From an uncultured Lachnospiraceae bacterium (GTDB lineage: Bacteria; Bacillota; Clostridia; Christensenellales; UBA1242): DNA of 64,000 nt. The translations under genes were made by a program, and so were the position numbers. The notes beneath the pieces are model-generated. The model ran no database searches, was not told where the DNA came from, and worked only from the letters and a program-made list of their open reading frames with translations. Positions 38,467 through 48,472 of this stretch are shown one piece after another. The stretch lies in contig CAYNTF010000003.1 of the NCBI GenBank assembly GCA_964400145.1, forward strand, positions 75,370 to 139,369, read 5' to 3'. Position 1 is the stretch's first letter; the number at the start of each line of letters is the position of its first letter.

Positions 38467-39006
38467 CACTTATTAAAAACCTTGACTTCACAGTTGTCAA
38501 CTTCATAAACATTCAAATCTCCATTTTCAGGGAATCCATAAAAATAACAACAAGAAACTCTTGCAATGCCATTATGTGCGGCAACAAGAATGTTTTTGTC
38601 GGGATATTTCTTCAATATTTCGTCATAAAAACTTTTTACTCGGTTATAAGGTCGATTATAGTTTCCATTCCAGTCACATTCAAGTCAAGTTTCATTTCCC
38701 AAATTTTTGAGTAAAGAGTGTTATTTTCGTCAACAACACCCTCAAGCATTCCAAAGTTTCTCTCCTTTATTCTTTCGTCAAAAAGAAGCGCAACATCTTT
38801 GTGAAATCTTAAAATTTCTTTTGCTGTCTGCTTTGCTCTTTTCATAGGTGAACAAAAGCAAATATCAATCTTGACATCTTTCAATTTTTCAGCAATTTGC
38901 TTTGCTTGTTTCTTCCATTTTCATTCAATGGAACATCTTGATTGGAGCCTGAAATTATGAATTTCAAATTATCATTTGTTTGTCCGTGTCTTACAAAATA
39001 TATCAT
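38467..39006 (-). pseudogene. Histidine phosphatase (phosphoglycerate-mutase family) gene split over three frames
   Basis: MIYFVRHGQTNDN... stops at 38881. Continues as KQAKQIAEKLKDVKIDICFCSPMKRAKQTA in the next frame (ORF 38636..38884). The tail YNRVKSFYDEILKKYPDKNILVAAHNGIAR is in a third frame. Each junction fits a 1-nt loss in a short A-run or T-run. Confidence 0.8.
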
Positions 39007-39172
39007 TTCAAAAACCTATTTTTTATTTTTTTTGCGTTTAAAATTGCCATATATAAAGCATTATTGACAATTTTTATTATAAAAATTCTAATTCAGTTGA
39101 TATACACTCTTTTCGTTGCATTTTTTCTAAAATTTGATTTTTTATTTAATTTTTGCGAATTTTGGTGAAATT

Positions 39173-40072
39173 TTATCGAATTTTTTCAATAAATTTTTCA
39201 AAATAGTCAGGAAGTGGAACTTCAAATGTCATCTCTTTATTTGTTCTCGGATGTGTGAATGAAAGTTTGTATGCATGCAAAAGTTGCCCGTTCAAACCCT
39301 TAACTTCATGACCATACACCTTGTCCCCCACAACCGCGTGGTGAAGAAACTTGGCATGCACTCGAATTTGGTGGGTTCGCCCTGTTTGTAAAACAAACTC
39401 AACCAAGCAATATTTTTCAAACCTTTCAACCACCTTATAATCTGTCACAGCAAGTCTGCCAGAAGACTGCACACTCATCTTTTTTCGGTCTTTTGGGTCC
39501 CTTTTGATATATGTTTCCACACGCCCAGCGTCATCTTTCAAGTTACCTTCCAAAAGTGCCAGATAGTGACGATGACAAGTTCTCTCTTTTATTTGTTCCG
39601 CCAAACTTCTGTGAGCAAAATCGTTTTTTGCAATCACCAAAAGCCCGCTTGTGTCCTTATCCAATCTGTGAACAATCCCAGGTCTTAGACTGCCGTTTAT
39701 TCCGCTCAAATCTTTGACATGAAAAAGCAACGCATTGACAAGTGTTCCATGTTTTGTTGAAGAGCAAGGATGGACAACCAGTCCTTGCGGTTTGTTAACA
39801 ACGACAACATCTTGGTCTTCAAAAACAATGTCAAGCGGGATATTTTCGCCCGCTGTGGAAATTTTTTCTGGCTTCAAGATTGTCACTTCAATTTTCATGC
39901 CAACTTTCAAGTTAAGCCCCGCTTTCAAATCTGTGCAATCATTCACTTTAACAAGTTTATTTTCAATCAGGTTTTTAATGTGAGAGCGCGAAAAATCAGG
40001 AAAATTTTCCAAAAGAAAGACATCCAATCTTTTGCCAGCATTTTCATTTGTAACAACGAAATTATCAGTCAT
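39173..40072 (-). CDS. rluD: RluA/RluD-family pseudouridine synthase
   Basis: S4 domain; HRLDKDTSGLL motif. Start at MTDNFV overlaps the lspA stop. Confidence 0.9.
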   Translation of the reverse strand: MTDNFVVTNENAGKRLDVFLLENFPDFSRSHIKNLIENKLVKVNDCTDLKAGLNLKVGMKIEVTILKPEKISTAGENIPLDIVFEDQDVVVVNKPQGLVVHPCSSTKHGTLVNALLFHVKDLSGINGSLRPGIVHRLDKDTSGLLVIAKNDFAHRSLAEQIKERTCHRHYLALLEGNLKDDAGRVETYIKRDPKDRKKMSVQSSGRLAVTDYKVVERFEKYCLVEFVLQTGRTHQIRVHAKFLHHAVVGDKVYGHEVKGLNGQLLHAYKLSFTHPRTNKEMTFEVPLPDYFEKFIEKIR

Positions 40073-40733
40073 CTTCGTTTCCCTTCTTTTCTGTTTTGCG
40101 CTTGGATTTTTTTCGCTCCTTTTGCGCACTGGAATTGCCATTTATCTCTTCCTGATTGTCAACATCTTGCTCATCAAAATCTTGTTCGTCGGCATAATTT
40201 TCAATTTTTATTCCATTATTTTTCGAATTTTTGCTCAAAATTTTTGATTTTTTGCTTTCTTTAACAAAATAAATTATCAAATAAATGACAAAAATCACAA
40301 CGCCAATGCTCAAAAACACATCTGCGAAATTAAACACAGGAAAACTTTGCCAAAAATCGAACTGAATGAAGTCACGAACATAGCGAATCACAACACGGTC
40401 ATAGAGATTTCCCAAGCAACCTCCAACCAAAAATGCATAAGCAACCGTCAAAAGCCAAGTTTTATTTTTTTCTTTGACATAATAAAAAGTGAAAATGAAC
40501 AAAAACACAATGCTCATAACAATCAAGAAGACCTGTTTGCCAGATAAAACGCCCCATGCTGCCCCATCGTTGTATACCATTTTGAAGTTAAAAAGATACG
40601 GAATGATGGTGTAAATCTGTCCATATTCAAGATTTGCATCCAAAAGATATTTTGTCAATAAATCTATCAACAAAATAACCGAAATAATCGCCACAAGCAC
40701 ACAAATTTTGATTTTTGTTTCTTTTTTCATCAA
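40065..40733 (-). CDS. lspA: Signal peptidase II with a ~60-aa charged C-terminal tail
   Basis: NDGAAWG and FNFADV motifs. 222 aa, against the usual ~160. Confidence 0.9.
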   Translation of the reverse strand: MMKKETKIKICVLVAIISVILLIDLLTKYLLDANLEYGQIYTIIPYLFNFKMVYNDGAAWGVLSGKQVFLIVMSIVFLFIFTFYYVKEKNKTWLLTVAYAFLVGGCLGNLYDRVVIRYVRDFIQFDFWQSFPVFNFADVFLSIGVVIFVIYLIIYFVKESKKSKILSKNSKNNGIKIENYADEQDFDEQDVDNQEEINGNSSAQKERKKSKRKTEKKGNEDD

Positions 40734-40832
40734 TTTTCCCTAATTTTTGTTTATTTTAGCCAATTTTAAAACTATTTTTTATTTTTTTGTGAATTTTTTA
40801 TCTATTTTTGTCAATTTCTTCAATCTCAATAT

Positions 40833-41201
40833 TTAATCATCTTTTTCAATTTCCATGTTTTTTGGCAAAAAGATGTAGAGATTTTTGTCCACAAACTCGA
40901 TTTTTGCCCCCAAAACATCAATCACACCTTGATAATAATCCATAATTTTATTTTTTTCATACGAAGAACAAGCTCGAAAATCGATAAAAAATGGTGTGCT
41001 TTTCTTCAATAATTCAACTTTATCCTTACAATCTTCAAAAAATTCAGGATAAAAAACTCTCACCCCGTCAATTTCGTCTGGCAACTTTTTTGTAACTTTG
41101 AGATTATATGACGCCTTTTGAGTTGACTGTTTTTTCTTAACAACCTTCACATCGTCCGCTTCAAACCCAAAGATTTTATAAATATAATTCATTAAACCCA
41201 T
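40833..41201 (-). CDS. sepF: Cell division protein SepF-like (DUF552)
   Basis: Size and C-terminal domain pattern (VFYPEFFEDCKD...IDF...). Confidence 0.65.
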   Translation of the reverse strand: MGLMNYIYKIFGFEADDVKVVKKKQSTQKASYNLKVTKKLPDEIDGVRVFYPEFFEDCKDKVELLKKSTPFFIDFRACSSYEKNKIMDYYQGVIDVLGAKIEFVDKNLYIFLPKNMEIEKDD

Positions 41202-41316
41202 AAACGCACCTCAATTTTGAATAGTGTAACACAAAAATGCCAAAAATCAAAATGTTTTACAAATAAGTTTGCTTAAACAAAAAAAATGTGATAAAATAAA
41301 GTCGAAGGAGTGAAAA

Positions 41317-42735
41317 ATGGCAACAAAAAACAATAAAATTGAAAACAAATTGGAAAAAATTGCAAAAGTCAAAAACAAATGGTGTCTTTGTGATGAAAAA
41401 AGCAAGAAAGTGGTGTTTGACTTTGCGGAAAAATATAAATCTTTCATTTCAGACAACAAAACAGAGCGCGAATGTTTGGAATACGCTGTCAGCGAAGCAA
41501 AAAAACATGGATTCATAGATTTGAAAGATGCAATCAAAAAGAAAACAAAACTCAAGGCTGGCGACAAAGTCTATGCCGTCATTCAAGACAAGTCGATTGT
41601 GATGTTTGTGCTTGGCACGGACGATTTGGAAAAAGGCTTAAACATTCTTGGCGCACACATCGACAGTCCACGCCTTGATTTGAAGTCATCTCCGCTTTAT
41701 GAAAAAAATGGATTTTGTCTTTTTGACACGCATTATTACGGCGGAATAAAGAAATATCAATGGGTGACCATACCCCTTGCCATGCACGGCGTTGTGGTGA
41801 AAAAGGATGGCACAGTCATAAAAGTGAACATTGGCGAAAATGGAACCGACCCTGTTTTCTACATCTCCGACCTTCTCCCACATTTGAAAAAAGAGAAGTC
41901 AGCAGAAGAAGTCAGTGGCGAGCAGTTGGATGTTGTTGTTGGAAATATGTCTTTCAAGAACGAGAGCGAAAAGCGCGAGATTGTCATCGAAAATTTGCGC
42001 AAAATTCTTTCTTCTCACAACATTGAAGAGGATGATTTAATCAGCGCCGAACTTGAAATTGTCCCAGCGGGCAAAGCGCGCGACATGGGCTTGGATCGCT
42101 CAATGATTGTGGGCTATGGTCAAGATGACCGCTCGTGCGCCTACACATCCCTTCAAGCAATTTTCGAATGCGAAAAGCCAAAGCGCACCGCCGTTTGTCT
42201 TTTGGTGGACAAGGAAGAGATTGGAAGTTATGGCGCAACAGGAATGAAAAGTCGTTTCTTTGAAAATATGGTTGCGGAAGTTATCAATCTCATGGGCGAA
42301 TACAGCGGACTTAAACTCAAAAGATGTCTAAACAATTCCAACATGATTTCCAGCGATGTCACAGCGGGATATGACCCAACATGGGCGTCGTCATACAACA
42401 TTCAAACGGACGCATTTTTGGCGTGCGGACTCACATTCAACAAATACACCGGCGCTCGCGGAAAAAGCGGTTCGAACGACGCCTCGCCTGAATACATTGC
42501 CCAACTTCGCAAAATTTTGGACGACAACAACCTTTTCTATCAGTTCACCGAAATGGGTAAAGTTGACCAAGGTGGCGGTGGAACAATCGCCTACATTTTG
42601 GCGGAATATGGCATGAATGTCATCGACGCCGGCATTCCACTTCTTTCCATGCACGCACCATGGGAAGTTTCTTCGAAACTTGATGTTTATCACGCCTACC
42701 TTTTCTACAAAGCTTTTTTGAAAGATATGAAGTGA
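41317..42735 (+). CDS. M18-family aminopeptidase
   Basis: GAHIDSPRLDLK, DDRSCAY and MHAP... motifs; 472 aa. Confidence 0.75.
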   Translation: MATKNNKIENKLEKIAKVKNKWCLCDEKSKKVVFDFAEKYKSFISDNKTERECLEYAVSEAKKHGFIDLKDAIKKKTKLKAGDKVYAVIQDKSIVMFVLGTDDLEKGLNILGAHIDSPRLDLKSSPLYEKNGFCLFDTHYYGGIKKYQWVTIPLAMHGVVVKKDGTVIKVNIGENGTDPVFYISDLLPHLKKEKSAEEVSGEQLDVVVGNMSFKNESEKREIVIENLRKILSSHNIEEDDLISAELEIVPAGKARDMGLDRSMIVGYGQDDRSCAYTSLQAIFECEKPKRTAVCLLVDKEEIGSYGATGMKSRFFENMVAEVINLMGEYSGLKLKRCLNNSNMISSDVTAGYDPTWASSYNIQTDAFLACGLTFNKYTGARGKSGSNDASPEYIAQLRKILDDNNLFYQFTEMGKVDQGGGGTIAYILAEYGMNVIDAGIPLLSMHAPWEVSSKLDVYHAYLFYKAFLKDMK

Positions 42736-42901
42736 GATAGAAATCAAAATTTAATCTAAATTAAAAACATAAAAAATAAAATAAAAAATGAAATAGGGAA
42801 TGAAAAAGATAACTATAAAAACAAAATAAATCAAACAATTAAATCGCCTAAAAAACAGATTAAAACAAAAAAAGTGACATCAATTTGTCACTTTTTTTCG
42901 A

Positions 42902-43912
42902 TCAATCTTTATCTTTGCCGTCACGCTTTTCATTCACATGGAACTCTTCATCATAAAGTTTTCTGCTTCTTTCATTCAAAATATTTTTTTTATCAGGGAT
43001 TTCTCTCCCCAAAGCTTTCAATTCATTGCAAAATCTTTTCACTTCATTGTCATAAATGTAGGTAAAATCTTTATAAATCTTTCTTGTATCACGCGCTATT
43101 TTTTTAAATAAAGCATCTTCTTCATTTAACCCTTCTTGCTTTTCTCTCATTGAGTCAAGAAGTCCATCGCAAGCATGATTATAACATATTGTATAATTAT
43201 TTAAATTAATTGAGTCATCACAGGCGATAATATCAGAAATTCTGGCTTGACCATCTGGAAGTTCTGCCACTTCTGACAACCTAAGCATCAATTTGACACT
43301 TTCTGAAAACTCTGTGCTGATTTTAAGATATCTGAAAAGCTCCGGATCTTCCTTTACCATATCAAAAAGTTTTGTATCAAACCCGCTGTAACCATTATTA
43401 CCAGTTATATAAATTGTATCACTATGTTTAATTATCTCTTCTTTTTTGTCAGTAGTTTTCGAAACGGCGGTTTTTGGAGCAGCGTTTTTGTTTTGTTTAG
43501 CGCCGGCCGTTGCTGTCATCTCTATCAATTCATCAACACTTTGTGGAACTTTTTCCGTTGGCTTTTTCTCAACAACCTTTCCAAAAACTTCTTTGTCAAT
43601 ATCATCGTTGTAAAACTCAATAGAATTTAACTGACTTGCGATTTCAAGAATCATGTGATTTTCCTCTTTGGAAAATCTCTTTCCAGAGCGTGAGTTTTGA
43701 ATTTTGACATCCGAAAACTGTTGAGATAAGCGCTCAACATCCCGTCTTGTTTTAGCAATATTTTTTTCAATCTTTTGCTTTTGTTTATCGGTGAATTTTT
43801 GATTTATCGGTGAAAACATATCTTTGCTAAACATTTGGCTAACAGCAGCCAAATTATTCTTGCATTCATTCAATTTTGCATGTATGTTCGTCAATTTTTT
43901 AATTGTGTTCAT
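42902..43912 (-). CDS. Hypothetical protein, 336 aa; coiled-coil N-terminus; no signal peptide
   Basis: Long ORF; GGGGAAATG start context 8 nt after the upstream gene's stop. No motif I recognise. Confidence 0.7.
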   Translation of the reverse strand: MNTIKKLTNIHAKLNECKNNLAAVSQMFSKDMFSPINQKFTDKQKQKIEKNIAKTRRDVERLSQQFSDVKIQNSRSGKRFSKEENHMILEIASQLNSIEFYNDDIDKEVFGKVVEKKPTEKVPQSVDELIEMTATAGAKQNKNAAPKTAVSKTTDKKEEIIKHSDTIYITGNNGYSGFDTKLFDMVKEDPELFRYLKISTEFSESVKLMLRLSEVAELPDGQARISDIIACDDSINLNNYTICYNHACDGLLDSMREKQEGLNEEDALFKKIARDTRKIYKDFTYIYDNEVKRFCNELKALGREIPDKKNILNERSRKLYDEEFHVNEKRDGKDKD

Positions 43913-43920
43913 TTCCCCTC

Positions 43921-44445
43921 CTAGTCCCCGAGAGTTTTGCCATCACTAATTTTATAAGTGTGACTCATGATTGGTTTTGGTTCAGAATATTCTCTTTCGG
44001 TTGCATAATTCAAAAAAACTGAACCATATTCATCTGTTTGCATAACTTGCCTTTCAACATAATCGCTTTCACTGACATCCACCTTAATTTGCCCGTTGCT
44101 TAAAAGACCAAGTTTTTGGATAGTCTTGCCAAAATCCTCAACTTTTTTGCCTAATTTTGACATGAATTCATCTCGTGCACACGCATATGCACCATTTTCA
44201 AAAAAGAATTTTTCAACAAATTGCCTAAATGATGAATCATATTTGTTGAAAATCACTTCTTCAAGGTCTTCAAAAAGCCCAAAATTGTCATTCCAACTTC
44301 TTCTTCCAAACCTATTATCGCCTTCGATGGACATTTGAATGCAAATTGTGTTCCCATTTTGCTCTTTTGCAAGAGGGTTGGTTGAAGGCTTCATAAAGTC
44401 ACCTCCAATCTCAAAATCAAATTGGTCATGTGTTCTTGTATTCAT
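43921..44445 (-). CDS. Hypothetical protein, ~174 aa; no signal peptide
   Basis: GGAGGT 8 nt before ATG 44445 (MNTRTHDQ...). The ATG at 44460 is too close to the -10 element. Confidence 0.7.
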   Translation of the reverse strand: MNTRTHDQFDFEIGGDFMKPSTNPLAKEQNGNTICIQMSIEGDNRFGRRSWNDNFGLFEDLEEVIFNKYDSSFRQFVEKFFFENGAYACARDEFMSKLGKKVEDFGKTIQKLGLLSNGQIKVDVSESDYVERQVMQTDEYGSVFLNYATEREYSEPKPIMSHTYKISDGKTLGD

Positions 44446-44471
44446 TGTTTTTACCTCCATTATTTTTTGCC

Positions 44472-44500
44472 ATTATAGCACGGGGGGGGGAACTTGTCAA
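44472..44500 (-). promoter_or_regulatory. Perfect consensus promoter TTGACA-17-TGcTATAAT with a C9 tract in the spacer
   Basis: Minus strand reads TTGACA AGTT C9 GTGC TATAAT. G9 lies at 44482-44490 on the + strand. Confidence 0.75.
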
Positions 44501-44872
44501 GTATTTTTTTAAAAAAGTTTATTTTTTGTTTAATTTCACTATTTTTGTCAATTTTTTTTGATTTTGACAATTTTTTGGTTATGATTTTGGCAAGTTTTTG
44601 AATGTTTCTTACTTTTTTGTTTCTTTTCATTTTTTCTAAATTTTCGTTAACTTTCTTCATTTTAGCAATGTTTTGGCTAAACAAAAATTTAAACAATAAA
44701 AATATATAACAAAAAACAAGTCAAGAAATCACCTAAACAAACATAAAAACATAATAACATAATAAACAAAAAACAACTCACCAAATGTAAAACAAACCAA
44801 GTTCAAAACAACTTAACAAGGCGAAATAAAGAAGATAAAGAATAATTCGGAATAAAAATTTAAGTAAATATA

Positions 44873-44912
44873 ATAAAAAAAAGACCACCAGCGGAAAATG
44901 GTCTTTTTTTTG
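44873..44912. terminator. tuf terminator (bidirectional)
   Basis: AAGACCA/TGGTCTT stem flanked by A8 and T8. Confidence 0.75.
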
Positions 44913-44955
44913 TTTTATATTTTTTTGTTTATTGTCGTTGATTTCGTCAAACGAA

Positions 44956-46158
44956 TTATTCAATGATCGAAGAAACAACACCAGAACCAACTGTTCTGCC
45001 ACCTTCACGGATAGCGAAACGAAGTCCTTGTTCAATAGCGATTTCTTTGTTCAAAGTGATTGTCATTCTGACATTGTCACCTGGCATAACCATTTCAACG
45101 CCTTTTTCAAGTTCGATTGTTCCGGTTACATCAGTTGTTCTGAAATAGAATTGTGGTCTATATCCATTGAAGAATGGTGTGTGGCGCCCACCTTCTTCTT
45201 TCTTTAAAACATACACTTCGGCAGTGAATTTTGTGTGTGGGTGAATTGAGCCTGGCTTGCAAAGAACTTGTCCTCTTTCGATTTCTGTTCTTTGAATTCC
45301 ACGAAGAAGAATGCCGACATTGAATCCTGCGATACCTTCGTCAACAGTTTTTCTGAACATTTCAACGCCAGTTACAACTGTTTGCTTCTTTGCGCCCATA
45401 CCAACGATTTCAACAACATCGTTGATCTTAACCTTACCTCTTTCAATTCTTCCTGTTGCAACAGTTCCACGACCTGTGATTGTGAACACGTCTTCAACAG
45501 GCATAAGGAAAGGTTTGTCTGTATCTCTTTCTGGTTCTGGGATATAAGAATCCAAAGCGTCCAAAAGTTCTTGGATGCAAGTGCAAGATGGATCTGTTAC
45601 ATTTCCTGCTTGAGCAGCTTCCAAAGCTTTGAGAGCAGAACCTTTGATGATTGGAGTGTCATCCCCTGGGAATCCATATTCGCTCAAAAGTTCACGGATT
45701 TCCATTTCAACGAGGTCAAGAAGTTCTGGATCGTCAACTTGATCAGTTTTGTTCATGAACACAACGATGTATGGAACACCAACCTGTCTTGCAAGCAAGA
45801 TGTGTTCTCTTGTTTGAGGCATTGGACCATCAGTTGCGGCAACAACAAGGATGGCACCATCCATTTGAGCAGCACCTGTGATCATGTTCTTAACATAGTC
45901 GGCGTGTCCCGGGCAGTCAACGTGTGCATAGTGACGCTTGTCTGTTTGATACTCAACATGCGCTGTGTTGATTGTGATACCACGAGCCTTTTCTTCTGGC
46001 GCCTTATCAATTTCATCATATCTCATTTTTTGTGCATAACCCTTTGCAGCACTATACATAGTGATGGCAGCAGTGAGGGTTGTTTTACCGTGGTCAACGT
46101 GACCGATTGTGCCGACGTTAACGTGAGGTTTACTGTTATCATATTTACCTGTAGCCAT
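44956..46158 (-). CDS. tuf: Elongation factor Tu
   Basis: [14 protein letters not shown] and NKTD motifs; 400 aa. Confidence 0.98.
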   Translation of the reverse strand: MATGKYDNSKPHVNVGTIGHVDHGKTTLTAAITMYSAAKGYAQKMRYDEIDKAPEEKARGITINTAHVEYQTDKRHYAHVDCPGHADYVKNMITGAAQMDGAILVVAATDGPMPQTREHILLARQVGVPYIVVFMNKTDQVDDPELLDLVEMEIRELLSEYGFPGDDTPIIKGSALKALEAAQAGNVTDPSCTCIQELLDALDSYIPEPERDTDKPFLMPVEDVFTITGRGTVATGRIERGKVKINDVVEIVGMGAKKQTVVTGVEMFRKTVDEGIAGFNVGILLRGIQRTEIERGQVLCKPGSIHPHTKFTAEVYVLKKEEGGRHTPFFNGYRPQFYFRTTDVTGTIELEKGVEMVMPGDNVRMTITLNKEIAIEQGLRFAIREGGRTVGSGVVSSIIE

Positions 46159-46373
46159 TTTACTTTTTCTCCTTTTTCTTTTTATTGTCTACTATGACAT
46201 TTTATCATACTTTTTCAAAATCTCAAAACGATTTTGAGATATTTTTTTATTTTTTTTAAAAATTTGTCAAATTACTTTTCAAAAACATGCATGTTTCCAA
46301 AAAATATTTTGTTTTGCGCTATGTTTTGCTCTGGCACTCGACTCACAAAGCGCAAAAACACCGATTTGGCAGA

Positions 46374-48452
46374 TTATTTTGCTTCTTTCTTTCTCTGTCC
46401 AACGATGGTTTCTGCAATGTTCTTTGGAACTTCGGAATATTTCAAAAATTCCATTGTGAAAGTTCCGCGCCCCTGTGTTTGAGAACGAAGGTCGGTTGCA
46501 TAACCGAACATTTCTCCAAGTGGCACTTCGGCATTGACGATTTGAACGCCCGGTCTGGTTTCATTTCCTGTCAAGATTCCACGACGAGAAGTGAGATTGC
46601 CCATAACCGTTCCAAGATATTCGTCTGGAACTTCAACTTGCACTTTCATCACAGGTTCAAGAAGAACAGGATTTGCCTTCATTGCGCCGTCTTTAAACGC
46701 CATTGAACCGGCAATCTTGAACGCCATTTCGGAAGAGTCCACTTCGTGATATGACCCGTCGATGACAGTCACTTTGAAGTCAACAGTTTCATATCCAGCA
46801 ATGACACCATTCTTGCTTGCTTCTTGAATTCCGTTGTTGATTGGTTGGATGTATTCCTTTGGAATTGAACCACCAACGGTCTTGTCTTCAAATTGATAAC
46901 CCGTTCCTGCTGGCAATGGTTCGATGTCGATGATACAGTGACCGTATTGCCCCTTACCACCGCTTTGGCGGATGAACTTGCCTTCCGCTCTTGCAGGTTT
47001 GCGGATTGTTTCTTTGTATGCAACTTGTGGTTTGCCGACATTTGCTTCAACTTTGAATTCACGAAGAAGTCTGTCAACAATGATTTCAAGGTGAAGTTCG
47101 CCCATACCAGCGATGATTGTTTGACCTGTTTCTTGATCGGTGTATGTCTTGAAAGTTGGGTCTTCTTCTGCCAACTTGATGAGCGCAAGCACCATTTTTT
47201 CTTGCATAAGTTTGGTTTTTGGCTCGATTGACATGCTGATAACTGGGTCAGCGAAATCCATACTTTCCAACACGATTGGATGTTTTTCGTCGCAAAGAGT
47301 TTCACCTGTGATGGTGTCTTTCAAGCCGACGATGGCAGCGATGTCGCCCGCGCCAACTTCTTTGATTTCTTCTCTTTGGTTAGCGTGCATTCTGATAAGA
47401 CGACCAACACGCTCTTTTTCGCCCTTATTTGAGTTATAGACATAAGAACCAGCGGTCAATTTTCCAGAATATACGCGGAAGAATGCCAAACGCCCAACAA
47501 ATGGGTCTGTCATAATCTTGAACGCAAGTCCAGCAAGTGGAGCGTCTTCGCTTGGCGCTCTCGTTTCGGTTTCGCCAGTTTCTGGGTTTACGCCTTCAAT
47601 ATGGTCGATATCAAGTGGACTTGGAAGAAGTTCGACCATGGCGTCAAGGAGCATCTGAACGCCCTTGTTTTTGTATGAAGAACCGCAAAGCACAGGCACA
47701 ACAGCACGAGAAATTGTTGCTGCGCGAAGTGCTTTTTTAAGTTCGTCGATGGAGATTTCTTCTCCTTCAAAGAATTTTTCGAGCAAAGCATCATCTGTTT
47801 CAACAATCTTTTCAACCATTTCGTTGTGCATTTTTTCTGCTTTTGCCTTATATTCTTCTGGAATCTCAACGATATCAATCTTTGTTCCCAAGTCGTCTGC
47901 ATAGACTTCTGCTTTCATGGTCATAAGATCGATAATTCCGCTGAAAGTGTCCGCTTCGCCAATAGGCATTTGGATGGCAAGCGGATTTGTTTTCAATCTG
48001 TCTCTGATTGAGTCAATGCAACCATAGAAATCGGCAGCATCTCTGTCCATTTTGTTGACATAAATGATTGTTGGTACTTTATATTTTGACGATTGACGCC
48101 AAACTGTTTCTGTTTGAGGTTGAACTCTGTCGCGAGCAGAAAGCACAAGCACAGCACCATCAAGCACCTTCAAAGAGCGTTCAACTTCGACAGTGAAGTC
48201 CACGTGTCCCGGCGTGTCGATGATGTTGATTTTATGTCCTTTCCAATGGCAAGTTGTGCAGGCAGAAGTGATGGTGATTCCACGCTCTTGTTCTTGCGCC
48301 ATCCAGTCCATAGTGGCTTGACCGTCATGAACTTCACCGATTTTGTGATTTTTGCCGGTGTAGAACAAAATACGCTCTGTGGTTGTGGTTTTTCCTGCGT
48401 CAATGTGAGCCATAATGCCGACATTGCGCACCATAGTTAAATCGGTAACCAT
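46374..48452 (-). CDS. fusA: Elongation factor G
   Basis: [17 protein letters not shown] and NKMD motifs; 692 aa. Confidence 0.98.
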   Translation of the reverse strand: MVTDLTMVRNVGIMAHIDAGKTTTTERILFYTGKNHKIGEVHDGQATMDWMAQEQERGITITSACTTCHWKGHKINIIDTPGHVDFTVEVERSLKVLDGAVLVLSARDRVQPQTETVWRQSSKYKVPTIIYVNKMDRDAADFYGCIDSIRDRLKTNPLAIQMPIGEADTFSGIIDLMTMKAEVYADDLGTKIDIVEIPEEYKAKAEKMHNEMVEKIVETDDALLEKFFEGEEISIDELKKALRAATISRAVVPVLCGSSYKNKGVQMLLDAMVELLPSPLDIDHIEGVNPETGETETRAPSEDAPLAGLAFKIMTDPFVGRLAFFRVYSGKLTAGSYVYNSNKGEKERVGRLIRMHANQREEIKEVGAGDIAAIVGLKDTITGETLCDEKHPIVLESMDFADPVISMSIEPKTKLMQEKMVLALIKLAEEDPTFKTYTDQETGQTIIAGMGELHLEIIVDRLLREFKVEANVGKPQVAYKETIRKPARAEGKFIRQSGGKGQYGHCIIDIEPLPAGTGYQFEDKTVGGSIPKEYIQPINNGIQEASKNGVIAGYETVDFKVTVIDGSYHEVDSSEMAFKIAGSMAFKDGAMKANPVLLEPVMKVQVEVPDEYLGTVMGNLTSRRGILTGNETRPGVQIVNAEVPLGEMFGYATDLRSQTQGRGTFTMEFLKYSEVPKNIAETIVGQRKKEAK

Positions 48453-48472
48453 ATTTTTCTCCTTTTTAAAAT

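Noticed and set aside
41247-41567. 106-aa minus-strand ORF overlapping the start of the M18 aminopeptidase gene
   Set aside because: It is antisense to a well-supported gene and promoter region, with hydrophobic low-complexity translation.
44460-44696. 78-aa Lys-rich ORF containing the poly-C tract (FPPPCYNGKK), which could suggest a coding-region frameshift switch
   Set aside because: It is low-complexity translation of AT-rich spacer with no RBS. It spans a perfect TTGACA-17-TATAAT promoter, and the equivalent ORFs at the other two tract loci are in different frames and not conserved. The promoter interpretation explains all three loci.
45268-46197. 309-aa ORF antisense to tuf, and similar long antisense ORFs at 29630-30295, 50932-51573, 5292-5966, 483-1028 and 1335-1847
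   Set aside because: Each lies entirely opposite a confidently identified gene, has odd composition (Cys/Phe/Ser-rich) and lacks an RBS. These are shadow ORFs.
46211-46250. Palindromic hairpin ATCTCAAAA-CGA-TTTTGAGAT between fusA and tuf as a terminator
   Set aside because: On the transcribed (minus) strand only TTT follows it. The T-run is on the wrong strand, and tuf needs read-through or its own promoter. It is too ambiguous to call.
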